The position numbers and the translations under genes were made by a program. Shown here piece by piece: positions 25,922-35,372 of a stretch of DNA of 64,000 bases. The stretch lies in assembly GCA_943354605.1 (NCBI GenBank), contig CALRCK010000003.1, positions 85,609-149,608 of the forward strand, written 5' to 3'. A model generated the notes under the pieces. The model was not told the DNA's origin, did no database searches, and saw nothing but the letters and a program-made list of their open reading frames with translations. The DNA is from Candidatus Uhrbacteria bacterium (GTDB taxonomy: Bacteria; Patescibacteriota; Patescibacteriia; UBA9934). Each line of letters opens with the position of its first letter. The first letter of the stretch is position 1.

Positions 25922-26419
25922 TTACCCGAATAAAAACTTCACCACAGCATTTGGTTTTCGAAGATTTCCAAGAACAATCGCATTCAATCCAAATGCGTGT
26001 CCAGCGCCACCTGCAGCAAAGAGCGCAAGTACCGCAGCGTAAATGACATGCTCGTCGATGTATCCCATCTTCGTATTGCTAACAAAATGCGCAAAGTAAT
26101 ACAGCGCCATCAAAAGCATACCGAGAATTGCAGCAGGACGAACAAGCAAACCAACAATCAACGCGATGCCAAGGCAGAGCAGTCCCCACTCATTCATGAA
26201 GTCGATCACGCCGTTTCCCGCCAATGATCGAAACCATTCTGCGAACGGGCCTTCTGCGGTGCTGAGATATGTTGCTGCGCTCCAGTCTGTTGAAATCTTT
26301 GCCCATCCCGCAGTGAGATACACGCCACCAAGGAGCACACGAAGTGCAACATATGCCGCTCCGAACGTTTTCTCATGCGTGGTCTCTGCGATTTTCCCAA
26401 GCGTGGACTGTGTGCGCAT
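25922..26419 (-). CDS. doxX: DoxX family membrane protein (second paralog)
   Basis: AYVALRVLLGGVYLTAGWAKI... four TM helices. Adjacent to ndh. Confidence 0.7.
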   Translation of the reverse strand: MRTQSTLGKIAETTHEKTFGAAYVALRVLLGGVYLTAGWAKISTDWSAATYLSTAEGPFAEWFRSLAGNGVIDFMNEWGLLCLGIALIVGLLVRPAAILGMLLMALYYFAHFVSNTKMGYIDEHVIYAAVLALFAAGGAGHAFGLNAIVLGNLRKPNAVVKFLFG

Positions 26420-26442
26420 ACAAAAAAATTACGTGTTCGGCT

Positions 26443-27465
26443 TTACGATGCCAAACACAACTCAACGAGGCTGTGCGAATAGCCCCACTCGTTGTCGTAC
26501 CATGCGACGACTTTCACCAAGTTCCCATCAACAACATTCGTCAGCGAAAGATCGACGGTCGCAGAATGTGGATCGCCGATAAAGTCCGAAGATACAAGAG
26601 GCTCGTCCGTTGTTCCGACAATCGATGCAAAACGCGGCGTTTTTACCGCGGCAAGAATCGCCGCATTCACTTCCTCGATCGTGACGTTCTTCTTGAGAAG
26701 GAACGTCATGTCCGAGAGCGACACGGTTGGTACTGGAACGCGAATCGAGAGCCCATCGAAGCGTCCTTTCAGCGAAGGAATCGTGAGCGCAACAGCGATC
26801 GCGGCGCCGGTTGATGTTGGAACAATGTTCTCTGCGGCTGCGCGGCCTTCGCGCATGTCCTTCTTTGGCGAATCAACCAATGCCTGCGATGCCGTATAGC
26901 CGTGCACCGTCGTCATCATCGCCTTTTCAATACCGAATGCTGCCTCGATAATCGCCGACACTGGTGCAACGCAATTCGTGGTGCACGACGCATTACTGAG
27001 AATACCCGCCTTCTCCCCCTTCAGCTTTTCGTCGTTCACGCTCATCACAAACGTTGGAACATTTCCGCCCTTGGCTGGTGCCGAAATCACCACGCGCTTC
27101 GCTCCAGCAGCAAGATGCACACTCGCCTTTTCTTCTGTCACGAACAACCCAGTCGATTCAATAACGATGTCGATATCCAAATCTTTCCACGGCAATTGCG
27201 CAGGATCTTTCTGTGCCAAGAGCTTGATAGTTTTTCCGCCAACAATCAGGGAGTCTTCCGTGTGACTCACCTCCACATTCCATGCGCCGTAATTCGTATC
27301 GTGCTTCAAAAGATACGCAAGCGTTGCCGCGTCTGTAAGATCATTAATCGCCACCACATCAAACCCCTTTTTCTCCCAACCCACCTTAAATACCGTTCGT
27401 CCAATCCGCCCAAACCCGTTGATAGCAATGCGAGGCATAGATGCCAATATTTTATCACGAAACAC
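26443..27465 (-). CDS. gap: Glyceraldehyde-3-phosphate dehydrogenase
   Basis: RIAINGFGRIGRTVFK...SNASCTTNCVAPV is canonical GAPDH. Confidence 0.95.
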   Translation of the reverse strand: MFRDKILASMPRIAINGFGRIGRTVFKVGWEKKGFDVVAINDLTDAATLAYLLKHDTNYGAWNVEVSHTEDSLIVGGKTIKLLAQKDPAQLPWKDLDIDIVIESTGLFVTEEKASVHLAAGAKRVVISAPAKGGNVPTFVMSVNDEKLKGEKAGILSNASCTTNCVAPVSAIIEAAFGIEKAMMTTVHGYTASQALVDSPKKDMREGRAAAENIVPTSTGAAIAVALTIPSLKGRFDGLSIRVPVPTVSLSDMTFLLKKNVTIEEVNAAILAAVKTPRFASIVGTTDEPLVSSDFIGDPHSATVDLSLTNVVDGNLVKVVAWYDNEWGYSHSLVELCLAS

Positions 27466-27509
27466 AAAACCGAGCCCGGAGGCTCGGTGGTGTGGATTGC
27501 TCTTGGGAG

Positions 27510-28100
27510 TTACGCCCCGAGCTGCATGCGAACCATGCGGCCGATGCGGAGGTTTTCACCAATCGCGGTGATGTTCTCCGTGAGAAGCGCCTGAATGGTC
27601 TTCTCGTCGTCCTTAATGAACTGCTGTTCAAGCAAACAGATGTCTGCGAAGAACTTGTTCAACTTGCCGTCGAGGATCTTTTCGATCATCTCCGCTGGCT
27701 TGCCTTCCTGAGAAAGCTGCTCGCGGTACACCGCCTTTTCGCGGTCAATCACGTCTGCCGGAACCTGATCGCGCGACACGTACTGCGGAGCACTTGCAGC
27801 GATGTGCATCGCCAAATCCTGACCGAATGCCACGAACTTCTCGTTGCGGGCCACGAAATCCGTTTCACACATCACTTCCACCAACACCGCAAGCTTATCG
27901 CCATGCGTGTAGGCAAACACCTTTCCTTCAGCCGTCACACGGTCCGACTTCTTTGCGGCTTTTGCGGCACCTGCAACGCGCAAAGCATCGATAGCCTTTT
28001 CCATGTCGCCACCCGCTTCTTCAAGCGCGCGCTTGGCGTCCATCATTCCCGCACCACTCATCTCGCGAAGCTTCGCGACGTCACCGGCAGAAATTGCCAT
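27510..28100 (-). CDS. tsf: Elongation factor Ts
   Basis: MAISAGDVAKLREMSGAGMMDAKRALEEAGGDMEKAIDALR. Confidence 0.9.
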   Translation of the reverse strand: MAISAGDVAKLREMSGAGMMDAKRALEEAGGDMEKAIDALRVAGAAKAAKKSDRVTAEGKVFAYTHGDKLAVLVEVMCETDFVARNEKFVAFGQDLAMHIAASAPQYVSRDQVPADVIDREKAVYREQLSQEGKPAEMIEKILDGKLNKFFADICLLEQQFIKDDEKTIQALLTENITAIGENLRIGRMVRMQLGA

Positions 28101-28112
28101 AGTGATATTCGA

Positions 28113-28991
28113 TTATTTCTTTCCTTCTGGTTTGCGGACCTCTGGCTTTGCTTCTGCTTTTGCAGCGCCAGCCTTCATTGCAAGCTCCTCCTTAGTTGCG
28201 TCGTCCAAATCGTCGACGGCCGCACGTGAGCTATCGGTCAATTTTACATCATCTTCGGCATTCACGCGAGCGATTGCTGCAGCCTTTTCAGTAGCGATTG
28301 CGGTTGCGCGAGCCTTACCTTCCTTTACTGCTGCTGCGATAAGCTCAGAAACCATTTCCAAGCTTCCCACCGCGTCGTCGTTTCCTGGAATCACGTAGCG
28401 AATGCCGCGTGGGTTCACATTGCTATCCACAAGCGCGACCATCGTTACGCCCATCGTTGTTGCTTCGCGAACAGCAGTCTTCTCATGACGAGCGTCCAAG
28501 ATGAACAATGCATCTGGAAGCTTCGTCAGCGTGGAAAGTCCGCCGATCTTCTCCTCAAGCTCATCGATTTCGCGAGAGAACTGGAGCTGTTCGAGTTTGG
28601 TGTACTTCTTGAGCTCGCCCTTTGCCGACTTGTCCTTCAGGTCCAGATAGTGACGGATGAGGCGCTGGATTTGTGCGAAGTTCGTGAGTGTTCCACCCAA
28701 CCAACGCGTGTTGATGTATGGCACGCCAGCCTCCTTTGCGCATGCTTCCACAATTGGCTGTGCCTGGCGCTTCGTACCGACGAAAACGATCACGCCACCA
28801 CGAGCCGTCGTTTCAGTGACGAACGTCATTGCGCGTTCCAACTGCGTCTGTGTCTTTTCAATGTCGATGATGTGCACACCACCGCGCTCGCCGAAAATGA
28901 ACTGCTTCATCTTTGGGTGCCAGCGGCTAGACTGATGACCGAAGTGAACGCCTGCCTTAAGCATCTCTAACAATGTTGGCATCTTTGCCAT
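28113..28991 (-). CDS. rpsB: 30S ribosomal protein S2 with Lys/Ala-rich C-terminal extension
   Basis: MAKMPTLLEMLKAGVHFGHQSSRWHPKMKQFIFGERGGVHIIDIEKT... C-terminal ~80 aa tail of A/K/E repeats. Confidence 0.9.
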   Translation of the reverse strand: MAKMPTLLEMLKAGVHFGHQSSRWHPKMKQFIFGERGGVHIIDIEKTQTQLERAMTFVTETTARGGVIVFVGTKRQAQPIVEACAKEAGVPYINTRWLGGTLTNFAQIQRLIRHYLDLKDKSAKGELKKYTKLEQLQFSREIDELEEKIGGLSTLTKLPDALFILDARHEKTAVREATTMGVTMVALVDSNVNPRGIRYVIPGNDDAVGSLEMVSELIAAAVKEGKARATAIATEKAAAIARVNAEDDVKLTDSSRAAVDDLDDATKEELAMKAGAAKAEAKPEVRKPEGKK

Positions 28992-29009
28992 ATGAATATA
29001 AGCACTTTT

Positions 29010-29125
29010 CCCATTTGGCCTCTTTTCGGCTTGTCGCATCGGAAACTCGCTCAACGTACACATGAAGTACGCCTCGCGAGCTTTCCTCGCTCCGCACCAA
29101 AAATAGTCTCAAATGTGCAAAGTGC
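29010..29125 (-). repeat. Family-2 conserved hairpin element (copy B), sense toward rpsB; ends about 19 nt upstream of the rpsB ATG
   Basis: CCCATTTGGCCTC...GGAAACTCGCTCAACGTACACATGAAGTACGCCTCGCGAGCTTTCCTCGC...CTCAAATGTGC. Confidence 0.7.
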
Positions 29126-29322
29126 GTCCTTTTATCCTCGGCTTTTGCCATCGCGGGCCCAGTCTGCGCTGGGAGGATCCGGTCGATGATGAAGTCAAAA
29201 GCCTGTGAGATTCTGATGAATAATCGCCTCGCAGAAGACGGCAAAAGAGTACTAAATTCCGCAGAAAAAGGCAAGACCGCCGGGATGCGTTCCCGACGGC
29301 CCCGTTGCCTGTCCGTGCTGTC

Positions 29323-29769
29323 TCACCGCTCCCCCGTCCGCGGCTGAGGCTTTGGTGGAATTTGGTGATCGTGCTCGAGCTTGTCGAAAAGCTCCAAAAG
29401 CGCACTCATCCGCCCCGGCATCGTCACCATCCAGCCGCCAACACCGTTCGCCCATTCCTGGATGTGTTGACTGGCAGTGAACATCAGCAGAACGAAAGGG
29501 ATGTTCGCGTTGAACATGTGCGTGCTGCGCTGCTGGAGAAAATCGATCCCCCGCATTCCACGACGCTTGCCTTCGTCCGGACCGGTCATGTCGTCAGTAA
29601 CCACGACCGCCAGACGTTCTCCGCACGCTCCGAAGACTTTCAGCGCTTCATCGAAGCTCGCCGTTCCGAACACATCCCAGCCGCCCCTGCGGGCAGATTC
29701 GAGGATGACCTCTCGAACGGCTTCATCCTGCAAGAAGAAAAGAATAGTGTTTCTCGTTCTCGTGGCCAC
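29323..29769 (-). CDS. Single-domain response regulator (CheY-like receiver) in a high-GC island
   Basis: TILFFLQDEAVREVILESARRGGWDVFGTASFDEALKVF...LAVVVTDDMTGPD...GIDFLQ has a receiver fold with an acidic pocket. GC is about 64%. Confidence 0.5.
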   Translation of the reverse strand: MATRTRNTILFFLQDEAVREVILESARRGGWDVFGTASFDEALKVFGACGERLAVVVTDDMTGPDEGKRRGMRGIDFLQQRSTHMFNANIPFVLLMFTASQHIQEWANGVGGWMVTMPGRMSALLELFDKLEHDHQIPPKPQPRTGER

Positions 29770-29818
29770 AGACCACCTCCGGGGCTACTGTGACACGACG
29801 TATGCTCTTCGGCAAGAA

Positions 29819-30817
29819 TCAGCGGATAAACATGGCATCGCCAAAGGAGAAGAAACGATAACGATGGCCGATAGCCTCCTGGTATGCGGCCAAGACATGC
29901 TCGCGGCCGGCGAAAGCGGAAACGAGCATGAGGAGTGTTGATTTTGGAAGGTGAAAATTCGTGACAAGACCGTCGACAACTTTAAAATCGAATCCTGGCG
30001 TAATGAACATGTTTATTTCCCCGCTGTACGCGGCAACCTCGCCGATCGTTGCGACAACACCCTCAAGAACTCGCACGGTTGTTGTGCCAACGGCAATAAT
30101 GCGACGATCTTCAGTTTTTGCCAATCGAATTCGAGCTGCCGTCGGCTCATCGATTTCCACAACCTCAGCGTGCATCACGTGGTCCTCGATATAAGCAACC
30201 TGCACCGGACGGAAGGTTCCGATTCCCACGTGAAGAATCACTTCCTCGATCTGTACACCTTTCGATCGAGCCTTCTCGATAAGTTCGGGAGTGAAGTGAA
30301 GCCCGGCGGTTGGTGCAGCCACCGATCCGGTCGACTTCGCATAGACGGTTTGGTAGCGATCGATAGGGCAAAGTCCGGCTTTGACGTACGGCGGAGTGGG
30401 CACCGATCCCTGTTCTTCACAAAAACCGAACATCTCAATCGCTGATTTCCCAGTGTTTAGTGTAAAGATTCCATCATCTGATTTCCCTATCACCATAAAA
30501 CCTCCAAGGTCAAAGCCGGACTTTGCCTTTCGCCCCGGTTTTACCAGCGCGTCGATCTCGCCGTCACGAACCTTGAGAACAAAAACCTCGAAACCGTCGA
30601 TCTGAAGGCGAGCCTTAAAAACCTTGGAAACATTAAAAACCAAAACATCGCCCGCATTCAGCTCGTCGATAATTTCGGAAAATCGATCCCGATGCTGCAC
30701 CTCGCCGGTTGCGCGATCGAGCACAAGCAATCTCGATGCATCTCGAGGCTCGATCGGAACCTGGGCGATGAGCTCTTCCGGAAGATCGTACGAAAAATCA
30801 GCAACAGGCGTTGGCAT
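29819..30817 (-). CDS. queA: S-adenosylmethionine:tRNA ribosyltransferase-isomerase
   Basis: MPTPVADFSYDLPEELIAQVPIEPRDASRLLVLDRATGEVQHRDRFSEI matches the QueA N-terminus. Confidence 0.9.
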   Translation of the reverse strand: MPTPVADFSYDLPEELIAQVPIEPRDASRLLVLDRATGEVQHRDRFSEIIDELNAGDVLVFNVSKVFKARLQIDGFEVFVLKVRDGEIDALVKPGRKAKSGFDLGGFMVIGKSDDGIFTLNTGKSAIEMFGFCEEQGSVPTPPYVKAGLCPIDRYQTVYAKSTGSVAAPTAGLHFTPELIEKARSKGVQIEEVILHVGIGTFRPVQVAYIEDHVMHAEVVEIDEPTAARIRLAKTEDRRIIAVGTTTVRVLEGVVATIGEVAAYSGEINMFITPGFDFKVVDGLVTNFHLPKSTLLMLVSAFAGREHVLAAYQEAIGHRYRFFSFGDAMFIR

Positions 30818-31033
30818 AATGCCGAATATTTTAGGCTAATACTTGCGAAAAAGCAAGAAATGTGATGAAATCTTCCCGCACAAACACCGGAGGTTCCTCT
30901 GATCCCGACCATCGTCTTCGTCCCAGCAGCGATCCTCGCCATCGCGCTCATCATCCTCGGTTCGTTCGGCTGCTTCGGATGCGGCTACGTCCTACAGCTC
31001 CGCGAAACCTCGCGCATCACGCATCGCGTCTTC

Positions 31034-31228
31034 ATGATCCGCATGATCATCGCGATCCCCTGCAGCTCACTGCTCGGGGCGGGATGGGGGCTGACCAAGG
31101 CGCTCGTCGAGCTCCGGCTCTCGACGTGTGGTCAGCCATTCGCCTACCCGCACTACCTGATGCCAGCGATGCTCCTGGCCTACATGGCCTATCAGTTCCG
31201 CTGCGGCATGCGCCACCCGTTGCAGTAA
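31034..31228 (+). CDS. Small hydrophobic protein in a high-GC island; reading frame is open and coding-like from 30869, so the true start may be non-canonical or further upstream
   Basis: MIRMIIAIPCSSLLGAGWGLTKALVELRL... The upstream in-frame segment PEVPLIPTIVFVPAAILAIALIILGSFGCFGCGY is a clean TM helix but has no ATG/GTG/TTG. GC3 is high across the whole frame. Confidence 0.3.
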   Translation: MIRMIIAIPCSSLLGAGWGLTKALVELRLSTCGQPFAYPHYLMPAMLLAYMAYQFRCGMRHPLQ

Positions 31229-31330
31229 CCGGGCGCTGAACCAAACCCTCGTCCAACCCCACGCCCCACGCCGACGCCACCCACGCAGGGTGGCGTCGCG
31301 GTCGTTTTCCCCACAATTCACCGCCAATCT

Positions 31331-31359
31331 TTGACAAAAAAGGTCTGATCCGATACCAT
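31331..31359 (+). promoter_or_regulatory. Sigma70-like promoter upstream of rpmE
   Basis: TTGACA (31331-31336), a 17-nt spacer, then TACCAT (31354-31359), about 45 nt before the rpmE ATG. Confidence 0.4.
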
Positions 31360-31404
31360 TTCCCCACTTAATCGACTGTATACAAAGCAGTCTCAACTCC
31401 CTCT

Positions 31405-31716
31405 ATGAAGGCAGCGATTCACCCAAAATACTTCGATTCGACGATCACCTGTGCATGTGGTGCCGTGTACAAGGTTGGTTCGAGCTTGGAAAAGATCGAC
31501 ATCGAATTGTGCAGTGCGTGCCACCCATTCTTTACTGGTAAGCAGAAAATCTTGGACACCGCTCGTCGCGTGGAAAAGTTCACTGCAAAGGACAGCAAGA
31601 AGACTGGCACCATCAAGACGGCAAAGGACAAGGCTGCAGAACGCGCCGCTCGTGCAACCGCAAAGGCTGCAAAGAAGGCAAACTCCGACACCTCGATCAA
31701 ATCCGTTTCACGTTAG
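31405..31716 (+). CDS. rpmE: 50S ribosomal protein L31 with Lys/Ala-rich C-terminal tail
   Basis: MKAAIHPKYFDSTITCACGAVYKVGSSLEKIDIELCSACHPFFTGKQK. Confidence 0.85.
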   Translation: MKAAIHPKYFDSTITCACGAVYKVGSSLEKIDIELCSACHPFFTGKQKILDTARRVEKFTAKDSKKTGTIKTAKDKAAERAARATAKAAKKANSDTSIKSVSR

Positions 31717-31749
31717 GTTTTCACCGAAAACACTCCGTCGTACGATGGG

Positions 31750-32871
31750 GTGTTTTCATTTATACTGAAATCTATGGCACTCGAATTTGAAAAGGTTATT
31801 GCGGATAAGCGCGCCGAAAAAGCGGCAATCGAAGCTGAGCTCATGAGCCCAGCCGTGCTTGGGAACCCCAAAAAGCTTCGCGAAGTGAACGCGCAATACC
31901 AGCAGATCAGCCGAATCCTGGACATTGCCACAGTGTACGAAATCGCCGCACGCAACCTTGCTGAGGCGCAAGCAACGGTGAACGATGCAGATCCAGAAAT
32001 TCGCCAAATGGCCGAACAGGAAATTGCCGCGATTCTTCCAACAATGCCAAAATTGGAAATGGACCTCGAGCTCGCGCTCATTCCCGCAGATCCAATCGAC
32101 GGCCACGACGCGATCATGGAAATTCGCGCCGGTACTGGTGGCGACGAAGCTGCACTCTTCGCGGCAGACCTCTACCGCATGTACACCCGCTTTGCGGAAC
32201 GCAACAGCTGGAAGGCGATCATCATTTCGCAAAGCCAAAACGATCTTGGCGGCTTCCGTGAAATCATCGTGGAAATTCATGGCGACGGCGCATACGGCAC
32301 CATGAAGCTGGAAAGCGGCGTGCATCGTGTGCAACGTGTGCCGTCCACTGAGAAGGCTGGTCGCATTCACACATCAACCGCAACCGTCGCAGTCCTCCCG
32401 AAGATCGAACAGGAAGAATTCGACATCAATCCAAAAGATCTTACCATCGAAGCGACCACATCACAGGGCGCCGGCGGTCAGTCCGTGAACACCACATACA
32501 GCGCCGTGCGCATGGTGCACATCCCCACCGGAATCACCGTGTACTGTCAGGACGAGCGGTCGTTCAGTCAGAACAAGGAACGCGCCATGGGCGTGATGCG
32601 TTCACGCGTCTTTGCGTTTGAAGCAGAAAAGAAGCGCGCCGCACTGGACGCTGAACGCCGCAGCCAGATTGGTGGCGCAGAACGTTCCGAAAAAATCCGC
32701 ACATACAACTTCCCGCAAGATCGCATTACCGATCATCGCGTCAAACAGTCGTGGCACGGCATCCCAGCAATCCTCGACGGCAACATCACCGACATCCTCA
32801 CCACACTCAAAATGGCGGCACGCGATGCAAAGTTCGGCGAACTGACCAGCGACGACGAGGACGACGAATAA
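31750..32871 (+). CDS. prfA: Peptide chain release factor 1
   Basis: GGQ motif ([24 protein letters not shown]) and the PxT-region architecture. 373 aa. Confidence 0.9.
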   Translation: MFSFILKSMALEFEKVIADKRAEKAAIEAELMSPAVLGNPKKLREVNAQYQQISRILDIATVYEIAARNLAEAQATVNDADPEIRQMAEQEIAAILPTMPKLEMDLELALIPADPIDGHDAIMEIRAGTGGDEAALFAADLYRMYTRFAERNSWKAIIISQSQNDLGGFREIIVEIHGDGAYGTMKLESGVHRVQRVPSTEKAGRIHTSTATVAVLPKIEQEEFDINPKDLTIEATTSQGAGGQSVNTTYSAVRMVHIPTGITVYCQDERSFSQNKERAMGVMRSRVFAFEAEKKRAALDAERRSQIGGAERSEKIRTYNFPQDRITDHRVKQSWHGIPAILDGNITDILTTLKMAARDAKFGELTSDDEDDE

Positions 32872-32874
32872 TGT

Positions 32875-33789
32875 ATGGACGGCGCCATGACGATTTTCGA
32901 ACTCCTCGCATGGGCCGGCGATGCGCTGAAAGCTGCCGATGCAACGCGCTCTGTGAAACAAAACCCTCGCCTTGATGCGCAGGTGTTATTGTCCTACGTC
33001 CTTGGCGTGAACAGCGCGTACCTTTTTACGCATGGCGATGAAACCGTGAAGTCGCAAGACGCAGAAACGTTTCAGCGCCTTGTTGCGCGCCGAGCTCGAC
33101 ACGAACCCGTCGCGTACCTCACCCAAACCAAAGCATTCTTCGGCCGCGATTTCTTCGTCAATCAACACGTCCTCATTCCACGACCCGACACAGAAATTTT
33201 AGTCGAGGCCGCACTCGGCGTGATCGATTTCCGATCGACCATCGTCGACATCGGCACCGGCAGCGGCGCGATCGCAATTTCGCTCGAACTTGAAACCCAT
33301 CGCCCAACATTCGCTATCGAGATTGATCGCGACACCAAAGCGGTCGCCGAACACAATGCGCGAAATCTCGGCGCGAACATTACCTTCCTTGACGGCTCCC
33401 TCTTCGAGCCGTTCGTAAACCTCGCAATAAACGACCTGACCCCTTTTCAAAATTCTCATCTCGTCATCACCGCCAACCTTCCGTACCTCACGCCGTGGCA
33501 GTGGGAAGCGCTCGATCCCGATGTGAAAAATTACGAGCCAAAACTCGCACTCGTCGGCGGTGCCGATGGCTTGGCGCTATACGACGAACTGTGCAACCAA
33601 ATCCGAACCTACCTTCACGAAGCATCACGCAAAGGCAAGCGTATCGCCGTCGATCTTGTCATCGAAATCGACCCGTCCCAAAAGCTCACCGCCCCCGCTC
33701 TTCTGAAATCCCACTTCCCTTCTGCCGCCATCAAAACCATCCGCGATCTCACACACCGCGAACGCGTCGTTGTCGCGTCGATACGGTAA
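32875..33789 (+). CDS. prmC: Release factor glutamine N5-methyltransferase
   Basis: IVDIGTGSGAIAISLEL (SAM motif I) and TANLPYL (NPPY-type motif). Immediately downstream of prfA. Confidence 0.85.
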   Translation: MDGAMTIFELLAWAGDALKAADATRSVKQNPRLDAQVLLSYVLGVNSAYLFTHGDETVKSQDAETFQRLVARRARHEPVAYLTQTKAFFGRDFFVNQHVLIPRPDTEILVEAALGVIDFRSTIVDIGTGSGAIAISLELETHRPTFAIEIDRDTKAVAEHNARNLGANITFLDGSLFEPFVNLAINDLTPFQNSHLVITANLPYLTPWQWEALDPDVKNYEPKLALVGGADGLALYDELCNQIRTYLHEASRKGKRIAVDLVIEIDPSQKLTAPALLKSHFPSAAIKTIRDLTHRERVVVASIR

Positions 33790-33850
33790 ACACTGTACAA
33801 ATCCTGAAAATCCGAGTATAATTCTCGCGGCATCCACGCCCGGAGTTCTC

Positions 33851-34159
33851 TTGATCATCGTCACCATCGGCTTCCCCGACACCCACCACCCAAGCAATGC
33901 AATAGACAGACACCCGCAGCCCGGAACGGTGCGCGAACGGCTTCTCCAAACTCGCGTGAAGATCGCCGGAGTGCACACCGGCACCTTCCTCCAGCTCACG
34001 TTCGAGCCCAACAGCCCCGGCCGGTTCCGTGGGGCGAGCGATCACCTCATCCGTTGGCTCATAGAACTCGCGAAGTGTCAGTGGGGCGAGATCGTGAAGA
34101 TCGAAGTGAAAGGAACCGAGCGCAATCCGCTCCACGCCGAGATTCCGAACTTCGACTGA
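33851..34159 (+). CDS. Hypothetical small protein in a high-GC island (start uncertain, TTG 33851 proposed)
   Basis: TATAAT box at 33816-33821, then GGAG 33842-33845 plus TTG 33851. The frame has about 85% GC3. ...GASDHLIRWLIELAKCQWGEIVKIEVKGTERNPLHAEIPNFD. The overlapping minus-strand ORF 33749-34171 was rejected on codon-position GC. Confidence 0.35.
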   Translation: MIIVTIGFPDTHHPSNAIDRHPQPGTVRERLLQTRVKIAGVHTGTFLQLTFEPNSPGRFRGASDHLIRWLIELAKCQWGEIVKIEVKGTERNPLHAEIPNFD

Positions 34160-34186
34160 GCCGTGCCCCACGCAACGAACACGAAC

Positions 34187-34225
34187 GCGCCGACCTGACG
34201 AAGGTCGGCGCTCGTCGTTTATTCT
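34187..34225. terminator. Bidirectional terminator hairpin (GCGCCGACC-tgacgaa-GGTCGGCGC) followed by TCGTTTATT
   Basis: Perfect 9-bp stem. Shares GTCAGGTCG/CGACCTGAC and TCGTTTATT submotifs with the 22-bp repeat flanking the Y1 transposase. Confidence 0.55.
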
Positions 34226-35328
34226 CCCTTTTCAGCACGCAATCGATCGAGCGAATCCACCACTTCAATCCACGTCTTTCCTGCGTTCATCGTGATTTCT
34301 TTTCCTTGTTCATCGTAGAATCGTGTTCGCGCGAATGGCGATGCTTTTTTCCACGTCCCCGAAATCGACACGCCGTTTTGAAGAAGCGTCATCGAACCTT
34401 CGCCAATGGTTCGCACAGTGCGTCGGCCTTTGTCGTCGCCGGGAATTGTTCCGATATCGGTCGCGATGATAACGACGTTGTTTGCGACGTATATATTTCC
34501 GCCCTGCGTTCGATGGTACGCGTTCGTGGACGGATCATACGTCCAGTCAATATCGTATCCATTCCCCCAGGCGATATGTGTTGTATCTGCCGTCGATGAT
34601 TTCGATGCTCCGTCGGCGAATATCCACACATCGTACGACGGTGAACCGACGGAATATTTCTCGTCGATTTCGGAAATGGATTTCTTCAAATCATCTGTTC
34701 TGGTGTACACGTTGTGCGGAGCGTATCGCGTTAATTCATCGCGATAATAATATTCGCTCTGAAAGAACTGATTGAGATCGAGCGTTCCGTTTGTCGCAAT
34801 ATCGGCGAGCGCTTCCGGCGATCCGCCAACGTGTCCGTAAATACCCTGAAACTCTGCATTCCAATCGAGATAATATGGGCGCGCCGAACGCACTGGCCCA
34901 ATCTTCGCCACTGTTTGACCGTCGGAAAAGAACGCGATAAATCGGGGAATATTTCCCTCAACCGGAGCTTCGATGACCAGAAATGCTTGGTCGATTCCGG
35001 ACAGCGGCCACGCGTCTGCAGAATTCTCCACCATCACACCAAACACCTGCGGCAAATTCGCGAGTGGCGCAGAAAGAATCTCTCCCGTGAGTGGATGACG
35101 GAGAACAACAGCGATCGACGATGGAATGACTCGATCCTGTGGGTCCCTGTTGTAAGATACCGATCCTGAGATGGTCATGAACGCAGAGAGAGTCCCCGTC
35201 AACACAAAAATCCCACCAGCAAGAATGAAGAGATTTTTCGGCGTCCCTTCGCGCTTCCAAAGCCGCAATGCACGGTCGTGAACCCGACGGAACACACTCG
35301 ATGATTTCTTCGCCATAAGAGCTTCCAT
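34219..35328 (-). CDS. DUF3048-like (YerB-like) membrane-anchored protein
   Basis: N-terminal TM NLFILAGGIFVLTGTLSAFMTI and a ~320 aa extracytoplasmic domain. Architecture consistent with the DUF3048 family. Confidence 0.5.
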   Translation of the reverse strand: MEALMAKKSSSVFRRVHDRALRLWKREGTPKNLFILAGGIFVLTGTLSAFMTISGSVSYNRDPQDRVIPSSIAVVLRHPLTGEILSAPLANLPQVFGVMVENSADAWPLSGIDQAFLVIEAPVEGNIPRFIAFFSDGQTVAKIGPVRSARPYYLDWNAEFQGIYGHVGGSPEALADIATNGTLDLNQFFQSEYYYRDELTRYAPHNVYTRTDDLKKSISEIDEKYSVGSPSYDVWIFADGASKSSTADTTHIAWGNGYDIDWTYDPSTNAYHRTQGGNIYVANNVVIIATDIGTIPGDDKGRRTVRTIGEGSMTLLQNGVSISGTWKKASPFARTRFYDEQGKEITMNAGKTWIEVVDSLDRLRAEKGE

Positions 35329-35335
35329 GATATCA

Positions 35336-35370
35336 AAAACACCCCGCCATGACGACGGGGTGTTTTCTGG
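35336..35370 (-). terminator. Rho-independent terminator after rplY
   Basis: Minus strand: ACACCCCGtcgtcatggCGGGGTGT followed by TTTTG. Confidence 0.65.
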
Positions 35371-35372
35371 GC

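Noticed and set aside
33749-34171. 140-aa minus-strand ORF overlapping the high-GC island
   Set aside because: Third-codon-position GC is about 50% versus about 85% for the plus-strand frame in the same DNA, so the plus-strand frame was preferred as coding. Both calls remain low confidence.
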